Source: Dehalococcoidia bacterium UBA1162 (lineage in GTDB: Bacteria; Chloroflexota; Dehalococcoidia; GIF9; UBA5629). Taken from it: 64,000 nucleotides of DNA. Positions 56,888 to 64,000 of the stretch are shown here, in pieces; positions within the stretch are counted from its first letter, which is position 1; the number at the start of each line of letters is the position of its first letter. The notes beneath the pieces are model-generated. The model was given only the letters and a program-made list of their open reading frames with translations. It did not search any database and was not told where the DNA came from. The DNA lies in NCBI GenBank assembly GCA_002311135.1, contig DBZK01000037.1:73852-137851 (forward strand). Direction: 5' to 3'. A program made the translations under genes and the position numbers.

Positions 56888-58261
56888 CTATCTGCACGGA
56901 AGGACTACATAGAAAGTGGTACCCTTGCCAATCTCGCTTTCAGCTTCCATCCTTCCTCCATGGGCTTCGGCGATGCTCTTGGCGATTGCCAGGCCCAGGC
57001 CGGTTCCTGTATCGCCACGGGAATGTATCTGATCTACACGATAGAAACGTTCAAATATATGTGGCAGGTGCTCAGGAGGAATGCCCACTCCTGTATCACT
57101 GATAGCCACTACCGCCATGCCATCTTTCTCGGTAACTGATAGCGATACACTACCCCCGCTCGGAGTATAATGGACGGCGTTTTCCAAAATGCTTATAAAT
57201 AATTGCCTCAACTTTAAACGGTCTGCCCTTAGAGTGAGATTGTTCCGTGGTCCCAGATTGAATTGGAGTCCCTTTTCAATTGCTAATAGTTTTACGTCAG
57301 CTGATACTTCAGCAAGAAGCTCGTCAAGATTAACGTCAGCCAGGCTTAAATACTCTTTACCGGCATCACTCCGGGCCAAAGATAATATTCTGTCTATTGC
57401 AGATGACATGTAAGCTGACTCCTGGGCGACCAACTCAAGCGACTCCCTGTATTCGGATTCAGTTCTTGCCTTGTTAAGTGTCAAGGTGGTCTCAGCTTGA
57501 ATAACCGCTAAAGGTGTGCGCAACTCATGAGAAACGTCAGCTACAAATTGCCGATAGCGGTCAAATGACCCTTCAAGACGTTCAAACATTCTATTCAAGG
57601 TCGAAGCCAACCTTCCCAACTCATCTCCACTGGCCACCTTTATCCTGCGGCTTAGATCACTGTATTCTATATCCTGAGCTATTCTGGTTATCTGTTCTAC
57701 CGGCTTGAGTGCCCGGTTAGCTAATAAGAACCCGCCAATTCCAGCCAGCACGAGAACGACCAGGGCGGACCAAGCGAGGATATCTCTGAAGGTCGCCATG
57801 ACATCACCTATCCAGGCTACTGGGCGACCAACGACTATGATTGTGGGGCTATTATCAGGGCCAACGGATAGGGAGGAAGCGTAGAATCTTATCTCTTGCC
57901 CACTTCCGGTGACAACAGTAAAAAACGTGCCCTGACCATCTAAAGCTTGCTTAATGACGCTGTCCATACTGGGCAATTCGACATTGGCGCCGTATCGCTT
58001 GAGTAAAGTCCCATCGGCCTTGTAAATCAATATTAATTCGTTTAGCTCTTCAACTACCTTTTCCTCGGCAACATCATTTTCTCCGGCTTTAAGTCTGGTC
58101 CCTGTAGCTGTCGCCATGTTCGTCAGGTTATAGTCGAGATTATGATGCAGATTGTTATTTAGCAGGGCATAGGCTACGCCGCTAAATACGAAAAGCAGCG
58201 TAACAATGACAGCTAAGTGCCAGATGATAAGACGGAATTTGATTGTCTGGAAGAATCTCAT
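56888..58261 (-). CDS. sensor histidine kinase (two TM segments, HAMP, HisKA, HATPase_c)
   Basis: H-box SHELRTPL, N/G boxes; 457 aa. Confidence 0.85.
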   Translation of the reverse strand: MRFFQTIKFRLIIWHLAVIVTLLFVFSGVAYALLNNNLHHNLDYNLTNMATATGTRLKAGENDVAEEKVVEELNELILIYKADGTLLKRYGANVELPSMDSVIKQALDGQGTFFTVVTGSGQEIRFYASSLSVGPDNSPTIIVVGRPVAWIGDVMATFRDILAWSALVVLVLAGIGGFLLANRALKPVEQITRIAQDIEYSDLSRRIKVASGDELGRLASTLNRMFERLEGSFDRYRQFVADVSHELRTPLAVIQAETTLTLNKARTESEYRESLELVAQESAYMSSAIDRILSLARSDAGKEYLSLADVNLDELLAEVSADVKLLAIEKGLQFNLGPRNNLTLRADRLKLRQLFISILENAVHYTPSGGSVSLSVTEKDGMAVVAISDTGVGIPPEHLPHIFERFYRVDQIHSRGDTGTGLGLAIAKSIAEAHGGRMEAESEIGKGTTFYVVLPCR

Positions 58262-58929
58262 AGTACAGCTAGCCGGTATCCGGCCCCCCTCAATGTTTGA
58301 ATCAGGCTGTCCTTTCCCTCATCATCGATCTTGCTGCGGAGCCTTCGAATGTAAACATCCACGATATTGGACAGGCTGTCAAAATCGTAGTTCCAGGCTC
58401 CCTCTTCAAGCATTGTCCTTGTAACGACCATATTGGGATGGCGCATGAAGTATTCCAGTATAGAGTACTCTTTCGCGGTAAGCTCTATCTTTCTCTGCCC
58501 TTTTCGCACCTCTCTCGTCAATGTATCCATCACCAGGTCTCCGACCTGCATTTTGGGTGTTTTGAATATCATGTCTCGCCGCATCAACGCCCGAACCCGA
58601 GCCAGTAGTTCGCTAAAGGCAAACGGCTTGGTCAGATAGTCGTCAGCACCGGAATCGAGCCCCTTAACTCTATCCTCAATGCTGTCCTTGGCGGTAAGCA
58701 TTAATACGGGCATACTAACCTGCTTTGCCCGTAACTCCTGACAAACTACAATTCCGTCTTTCTTTGGCAGCATAATATCGAGAATAACAAGGTCGTAGGG
58801 CGTAGTTTCAGCCATGTATTGGGCCTCCTCACCGTCATAAACACAGTCAATGGAGTATCCTTCTTCCAAAAGACCTCGCTTGATAACACCGGCAAGCCGC
58901 CTATCATCCTCGACCACTAAAATTCGCAT
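58258..58929 (-). CDS. OmpR/PhoB-family response regulator
   Basis: REC domain (D in LVILDIMLP, K in TAKD) plus a winged-helix Trans_reg_C domain. Overlaps the kinase by 4 nt. Confidence 0.9.
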   Translation of the reverse strand: MRILVVEDDRRLAGVIKRGLLEEGYSIDCVYDGEEAQYMAETTPYDLVILDIMLPKKDGIVVCQELRAKQVSMPVLMLTAKDSIEDRVKGLDSGADDYLTKPFAFSELLARVRALMRRDMIFKTPKMQVGDLVMDTLTREVRKGQRKIELTAKEYSILEYFMRHPNMVVTRTMLEEGAWNYDFDSLSNIVDVYIRRLRSKIDDEGKDSLIQTLRGAGYRLAVL

Positions 58930-59043
58930 TCTGTCTCCTTACGCAGGACATTATCCATATTTTTCATTACCTCTATTATATTAAAACAAGATGAACAGAA
59001 GATGAAAGGATATGCATCTGAAGCTCTAAACCGCTGTTAATAC

Positions 59044-59100
59044 TGCGTTCATTTTCCATTCATTACCGGTTCATATAAGGGTGTTAAACTGGGTTCAAAG
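59044..59100. repeat. copy 1 of a ~55-bp duplicated motif (contains GTTCAT-N8-GTTAAA-N4-GTTCAA direct repeats)
   Basis: tgcgttcattttccattcattaccggttcatataagggtgttaaactgggttcaaag. Copy 2 is at 59914..59971. Confidence 0.5.
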
Positions 59101-59129
59101 AATCGAAGTAAGAAACATGAGGTATATAA

Positions 59130-59282
59130 ATGCAGAATAAAGAAATGAACAACTTAATAAATGGAAAGGTTAAAATCACAATATTTAATGACGGATACCT
59201 GGTGTCTTTGTTGATGGGAATGATCCTGTGCGGCATTGCCCTGCTATTCCTGCTGGTAACCATAGGTACTACGTATCTATAA
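59130..59282 (+). CDS. 50-aa micro-ORF encoding a single-TM peptide
   Basis: MQNKEMNNLINGKVKITIFNDGYLVSLLMGMILCGIALLFLLVTIGTTYL. Sits between the two repeat copies. No convincing Shine-Dalgarno sequence. Confidence 0.25.
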   Translation: MQNKEMNNLINGKVKITIFNDGYLVSLLMGMILCGIALLFLLVTIGTTYL

Positions 59283-59337
59283 CCGGTAGCGAAGAAAACA
59301 ATCCTACAGGTACTGAAAGAAGGGAGGAGCACATAAA

Positions 59338-59901
59338 ATGAAGAACTTCAAGACAATTACTGTAATCAAAGAGACTGTCATGTTCGTCGCTACAATAGTG
59401 TCAGTGATAGGTTTCGGCTTTACACTTGCGTTTCATACCACGTCAACGGCCCCGACCGCGTATGCCGAGGCTGCCGGCGCCTCAATCTATGATAACGTTG
59501 GCCCGTCGGTCGTGGTGATCGAGGTAACCCGACAAGGTCCCAATCCCTACGGTCTCCCGTTTCCCAATGAAGATGTAGGATATGGCTTTCTGGTAGATAG
59601 TCAGGGGCTTATCCTCACCAATAATCATGTCGTCGATGGAGCCTCGAATGTACAGGTAGTGCTGAAGAGCGGTAACACTGTTGATGCCAAAGTGGTCTCC
59701 ACTGACGCAGCTGATGACCTGGCCCTGATAAGCATCGATTCCACATCTGTACTCGGAATAACCCCGCTTGGGCTTGGTGATTCAAGCGCAGTGAAGCCCG
59801 GACAGATGGCTATGGCTTTGGGCGGCCCGAATTCCATGATCGCTGTGGTACCATCACCCAGCCGTAGGGCAACAGCCCTACTCCCTGTCACAAATGTATA
59901 G
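59338..59901 (+). pseudogene. truncated HtrA/DegP-like trypsin-fold serine protease (catalytic Ser motif and PDZ domain missing)
   Basis: Signal/TM, catalytic His (TNNHVV) and Asp (DLALI) regions are intact. The frame diverges at ...GQMAMALGGPNSM, where DegP has ...AIGSPFGL...GNSGGPL, and stops at 187 aa. Confidence 0.5.
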
Positions 59902-59913
59902 AATTATTCATCT

Positions 59914-59971
59914 TGCGTTAATGTTAGATTCATCAACAGTTCATATAAAAGTGTTAAATTATGTATAAACC
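59914..59971. repeat. copy 2 of the duplicated motif
   Basis: tgcgttaatgttagattcatcaacagttcatataaaagtgttaaattatgtataaacc. About 70-75% identity to copy 1. Confidence 0.5.
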
Positions 59972-60019
59972 GTTTGAGTAAAGTGAAAGCATAGCGAATA
60001 ACTTCGTTGAAAAGAAGGG

Positions 60020-60277
60020 TTGTATTACTTTAAAACAGGAGAATTATGGCAAATGGCAAGAATTGAGTATAGGTCTAAGGAATTTCCCGAGCTGGCCAAG
60101 CTCAGAGTACAGGCACGGGGACTAGCATTAGTCCAGGGTAAGACAATGGCTCAAGTATTTACTGAAGCTTTACAGCTTTGGATGAAGCATAATTGTGGCG
60201 AAGGAATGAATCAATGGTATCAATTGGTTGACGCAGCGGATATGCCAACTACGAAGAGTCAAAGGAAGGCCAGCTAA
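60020..60277 (+). CDS. small hypothetical protein, possibly ribbon-helix-helix-like
   Basis: Internal MARIEYRSKEFPELAKLRVQARGLALVQGKTMAQVFTEALQLW resembles Arc/CopG-type antitoxins. Weak. Confidence 0.3.
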   Translation: MYYFKTGELWQMARIEYRSKEFPELAKLRVQARGLALVQGKTMAQVFTEALQLWMKHNCGEGMNQWYQLVDAADMPTTKSQRKAS

Positions 60278-60425
60278 CATTGCCTTGAAAAATACAATGA
60301 ATGTGGGCCTGCAGGCCCTATAATATCGAGAAAGAAGATGGATCACTATTTACGGGCAGTCAAAACATATACTCTCTATCTGCTCATGTTCGTAGCAATA
60401 CAAAGTTTGACACTCATTCTAAATT

Positions 60426-60722
60426 TTGTACGTAGTCTTTAGAGAGGTTGAGGGGATGTTCAGCACGCAGCTATCTGGGAAATTCAAAGTGGGCCAATGT
60501 GTGCGCATTTTTTCAGCCAGAGATTGCAACGGCAAGCGCAAATATCCGGCATGGGAGCAATACATCGATCTGGAAGGTATAATAATCGACTCGTATCATG
60601 CCCGCTATGGACCATTATTTGTGGATGGCATCATAGGTTGCGATGATATCAATTTCTATAATATCATCTTCGACGGCAATTTTACGGTTAGCGTGCCCGA
60701 AGAGATGTTGGAATCCGCCTAA
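60426..60722 (+). CDS. hypothetical protein
   Basis: 98-aa ORF with no recognisable motif. Confidence 0.3.
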   Translation: MYVVFREVEGMFSTQLSGKFKVGQCVRIFSARDCNGKRKYPAWEQYIDLEGIIIDSYHARYGPLFVDGIIGCDDINFYNIIFDGNFTVSVPEEMLESA

Positions 60723-60750
60723 ATTTGGGCGTTCTTGAGCCAAGAGAATA

Positions 60751-61269
60751 CTACTGTGAAGATCCCGTATTGCCATTGCTGGGTCTTAGCTCTGTCATGG
60801 CTGCTTGCCAGGCTGCCGAAATCTTATCCACCGGAATATTGAGAGATACGGACATCTTGTTAAAAAGCGCCTCTCTCAAAGCCGTCCTGTTTTCTGAACC
60901 TGACGGATGACCGGTTGACCCCTGTCCCGGCGGTGTAACAGATTGTCCATTTTGCGATGGCACCGAGGGTGGGGATGGCGGAATCGTTGCGCCCCGTGCA
61001 TCCTGGTACGCCTGTGTAACAGCATCTACTGAGACTCCCAGCTTATCAGCTACTTTGGCGAGGACATTTTTTATGAAATTGGGATTTCTAGAAGACCTGC
61101 CCTGCTGATTTGCCTGACCGGAAGGTTGCTGGTTGGAGGTGGTTCCCGATGCACCCGATTGAGAGGGCGACTGGTTTGTACCCGCACTACAACCTGCCGA
61201 CATAATAACTGTACCTATCGTTACAAACATCAAGAATACAAAAATATAATTATGTACTTTTTTGATCAA
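60751..61269 (-). CDS. lipoprotein with Ser/Gly/Gln/Pro-rich linker and two internal ~30-aa helical repeats
   Basis: Lipobox ...IMSAGC. Repeats IKNVLAKVADKLGVSVDAVTQAYQDARGA and LREALFNKMSVSLNIPVDKISAAWQAAMTEL. Confidence 0.55.
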   Translation of the reverse strand: MIKKVHNYIFVFLMFVTIGTVIMSAGCSAGTNQSPSQSGASGTTSNQQPSGQANQQGRSSRNPNFIKNVLAKVADKLGVSVDAVTQAYQDARGATIPPSPPSVPSQNGQSVTPPGQGSTGHPSGSENRTALREALFNKMSVSLNIPVDKISAAWQAAMTELRPSNGNTGSSQ

Positions 61270-61391
61270 GTTTTTCTCCTTAAAAAAACAATTTAGATTA
61301 TTTTACTCATTAATTATTAATTTTTTATTAACATATTTCGTCTGTGGATTAACAGCCGTATTTAGTTATAGCACATATATCTAGCTTAAAT

Positions 61392-63083
61392 CTAATTATT
61401 GGGCCGCCGTCTGAAAATCCCAATCAGCGCGATGACCAAGGCCAGCAAACACCCTGCGGCAATGATGCCGATGACCACCGTAGCAAGCCCGGAAGACTGC
61501 TGACCGGACGGGGCATCTTTAAGGACTTCAAATCCGGCGTTAAGGCCGCCGATGCTGACTTTATAATTTCCAGGGGCACTTTCCGAAACTGTAAAGCTGA
61601 CCGGCTGAGACTTGCCCGGACCCAGAGTTACTTCTTTTGGGATATCATCCTTGCCATTAATTGCAAGAGCAATATCACCTGTTGCCTCCGAGGAGCCGCT
61701 GTTAATAACGCGCACTGACAGCGTGACGTTTTCACCAGGGCCGACAATCTCCGGCGTGACAGTCAGGTCGGAAAAGGAGAAGGCAGCCGTAGGGGGTAAG
61801 GCTGCCGCCGTTGGAGAAACCGATGCAGGCGCCGGGCTCGATGCCGGCGGAGGACCCGATCCGGCTGTCGAAGCTGCAAGCTGCGCCGTTGTATCGGGTA
61901 TACCCCTCACGGCGAAGATCGTGAAATGCGATACAGAAGCGGTGACTTCCCCGGCGACTGTATCCACTGAAGAGTCCAGTTTAGTCCAGGCCGACCCGTC
62001 CCAATAGGCGATATAAAGTGCGGAATCGCTCAGCCCGGCAGGCAGAGGAGCCTCGTATTTCAACGTCATCGTTGCCGGAGGGGAAAAAGTTGCCCCGCTG
62101 GGATTAAAACTGTAAGACTCCAGACAGATAGACCCGTCACTTGAAGGAGGAGGATTCGTTTCATCACCAGCCCCTATTACGGACTGCCCCTGAAGGTTAA
62201 GCACGGTACCGGCTGTCAGATTCAACCTGACACGCCTGTCGCTGCTTGAAAGTTCCGTGGCTGTATTAAGGACATTGCCGCTGATATTTAAGGTATCGGT
62301 CGCACTTAGGAAATTGGAACTAACAGAAGCAGTTTGAGTAACTGCCTGTGAAGGGGTAGTTTGGGATAAGTCGGTCGCCGGATTGACTTGAATTGAAGTG
62401 GTCAGTGTGAAGTAACTTGATTCGCTGTCGTTGACCTGGATTGTAAAGCTATAAACCTGGGGACTGCTTGGCACGCCCCTGACTACGCCTAACGTGTCAT
62501 CCAGCGTTAATCCTGGCGGCAGGCTGCCTGAGGAAATTGACCAGGTATAAGGCAGAACGCCGCCTTGAGCATAAAACGCAAAGGAATATGGGCGCCCCAC
62601 TGTGGCTACTTCCGGGCTTTTGGGCGAGATGCCGCATGAGGCAGCACGGCAAGCAGCACAAGCAGCGCCGCCACAGCTGGTTTGAGGCAGTTGCGCAGGC
62701 GCACCATAGCAGATCAGGTTCAACTCAGTCGCTGCACCGCCCTGAAATATAACCGCCTGGAGCGCTGGATGATCATTTACAGAGAAATTTACCGTTTGCC
62801 CGGGGCTTGCGGTTACCTCGAAAACAGGATCATAACCATATCTGCCCTGTGAATCCGTAGTGGTTTCACCCACCCTGGTAGCGCCTACGAGGGCAGTTAT
62901 GTCATAGCCGGACGGAACCAGCACATCATTGTTATATACAACCCCATAGAATTGCTGTGTCGTTGATGAGATATCTGCTGTTGCCGGGCTGGACTCAGAC
63001 AATATAATCGGTAGAGACGTTAATGCAATCAGCGTTGCAGTAATCAGACTTAGCTTCAGCCGTTGACTATTAAAAGCAGTCAT
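61392..63083 (-). CDS. C-terminally membrane-anchored surface protein with a carboxypeptidase-regulatory/Ig-like N-terminal region, a Pro/Ser/Ala linker and a CARDB domain
   Basis: Signal peptide. CARDB-like LTVTPEIVGPGENVTLSVRVINSGSSEATGDIALAING. C-terminal TM helix LATVVIGIIAAGCLLALVIALIGIF followed by RRRPNN. Confidence 0.65.
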   Translation of the reverse strand: MTAFNSQRLKLSLITATLIALTSLPIILSESSPATADISSTTQQFYGVVYNNDVLVPSGYDITALVGATRVGETTTDSQGRYGYDPVFEVTASPGQTVNFSVNDHPALQAVIFQGGAATELNLICYGAPAQLPQTSCGGAACAACRAASCGISPKSPEVATVGRPYSFAFYAQGGVLPYTWSISSGSLPPGLTLDDTLGVVRGVPSSPQVYSFTIQVNDSESSYFTLTTSIQVNPATDLSQTTPSQAVTQTASVSSNFLSATDTLNISGNVLNTATELSSSDRRVRLNLTAGTVLNLQGQSVIGAGDETNPPPSSDGSICLESYSFNPSGATFSPPATMTLKYEAPLPAGLSDSALYIAYWDGSAWTKLDSSVDTVAGEVTASVSHFTIFAVRGIPDTTAQLAASTAGSGPPPASSPAPASVSPTAAALPPTAAFSFSDLTVTPEIVGPGENVTLSVRVINSGSSEATGDIALAINGKDDIPKEVTLGPGKSQPVSFTVSESAPGNYKVSIGGLNAGFEVLKDAPSGQQSSGLATVVIGIIAAGCLLALVIALIGIFRRRPNN

Positions 63084-63248
63084 ATTTGATTTATTCTAGC
63101 ACTCTCCACTCTTAATAGTCCCGTTCTCCGGCCCGAAATAACTTGTGGTAAATAAATCGAAAATACTCAGACCCAAGCATCAAATCCTCACAACTCAGTA
63201 GTTCGGATAAAAACTTTATTCAGCAAAAATCGTTATCATATATTGGAC

Positions 63249-64000
63249 ATGGACATTTTCGAAGATTACTACGAGATACTTCAGGTGCACCCCCTGGCGG
63301 AGCCGGAGGTGGTAGAAGCGGCATATAGAAAATTGGCGCAGAAATACCATCCGGACGTCAACAAAGGCGCCTGCGCCGAAAAAATGCAAAAAATCAACGA
63401 GGCGCATGATATCCTCGGCAATTCTCTCAGCAGAAAAGAATACGATGCGGAATGGTCTCTGTATCGGCAATCTGGTCCACACCAGCATTCGGCCGACGTA
63501 AAAGAACCTGTTTTAAAAGTCCTTCCGAAACATATCAGATTCAAAAATCTGGGCAATGGCGAAATTAAGACTTCGCATTTTGATATAAACAATATTGGCG
63601 GCCCATATACCGGTTACAATATAGATACAGATCAGCTTCCTGAATGGCTCGAAGTTACAGGTATAGAAAAGTTGGGCAGCGAGCCGCTACCCGCACGTGT
63701 TCATATCAAAGCCAGCGGTCAACTCTACTATTCAAAATACGACTGCCTCATCCCGATCAGGATTGAAAACACTGAAGCGCATCATGCCGAAGTAGTCGAG
63801 GTGTTCGTTGAGCTAGACGTGAAAGGGCCAACTCTGCAGATAAACGGCAGGTTTCTCGAATTCAAAGTGGTAACCGATATTATCCCACTGCCGCAATCCG
63901 TGAAACTCGTTAACACGGGTAACGGACATATCGAAGGCGAGCTAATTCCCAGACAGAAATGGATAAAAGTCAGTCCGCGACGCTTCCGTTTCGAGCATCA
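63249..64000 (+). CDS. J-domain (DnaJ-like) protein, 3' end beyond the window
   Basis: I translated MDIFEDYYEILQVHPLAEPEVVEAAYRKLAQKYHPDVN (HPD motif) from the ATG at 63249. No stop before the window end. Not in the provided track. Confidence 0.7.
   Translation, partial: MDIFEDYYEILQVHPLAEPEVVEAAYRKLAQKYHPDVNKGACAEKMQKINEAHDILGNSLSRKEYDAEWSLYRQSGPHQHSADVKEPVLKVLPKHIRFKNLGNGEIKTSHFDINNIGGPYTGYNIDTDQLPEWLEVTGIEKLGSEPLPARVHIKASGQLYYSKYDCLIPIRIENTEAHHAEVVEVFVELDVKGPTLQINGRFLEFKVVTDIIPLPQSVKLVNTGNGHIEGELIPRQKWIKVSPRRFRFEH

Noticed and set aside
60020-60722. Possible toxin-antitoxin pair (RHH-like small protein plus downstream 98-aa ORF)
   Set aside because: Only the first has a faint RHH-like pattern. 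The second has no toxin-family motif. The 148-nt gap between them is atypical for TA operons.

Overview
This 64 kb window is a bacterial chromosomal segment with about 52% GC by eye, dense coding, and gene content that suggests a monoderm lineage such as Chloroflexota. Most of it is housekeeping: nuoD-C-B-A, rsmD-coaD, a ferredoxin, proC, yggS, an acyl-CoA dehydrogenase, leuS, def-priA, rplS-trmD, a division cluster (small wHTH gene-mraZ-rsmH-ftsL-like-ftsA-ftsZ), nrdR-nrdJ, gpmA, nadE, a rubrerythrin, a ThiF-like E1, rpoD, a DEAD-box helicase and an HK/OmpR two-component pair. The accessory part lies at about 25.6-47.1 kb. It holds a complete type IVa pilus locus with no secretin: pilD, a Wzy_C/TPR ligase-like protein that could be a pilin O-oligosaccharyltransferase, pilA, pilT, a pilM-pilN fusion, pilO, a PilX-like protein, two minor pilins, pilC and pilB. 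The pilus operon is headed by an unusual wHTH / multi-zinc-ribbon / tandem degenerate Mrr-like protein. It is followed by a 1131-aa BNR/Asp-box surface protein and a glycosylation-like module (an O-methyltransferase, an alpha/alpha-toroid protein and two tandem GT4 paralogues). A separate gene at 52.7 kb has an N-terminus that aligns residue-for-residue with archaeal flagellin (archaellin) class-III signal peptides. Other oddities are three membrane-anchored CARDB-domain surface proteins (one with a Met/Pro/Gln-rich low-complexity linker), an in-frame GAF / nuclease-fold-like / HPRT fusion, candidate NrdR and MraZ operator repeats, and a duplicated ~55-bp motif flanking a micro-ORF and a decayed HtrA gene downstream of the two-component system. 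I saw no rRNA, tRNA, CRISPR array, transposase or integrase. Many long antisense ORFs in the provided track are judged spurious.
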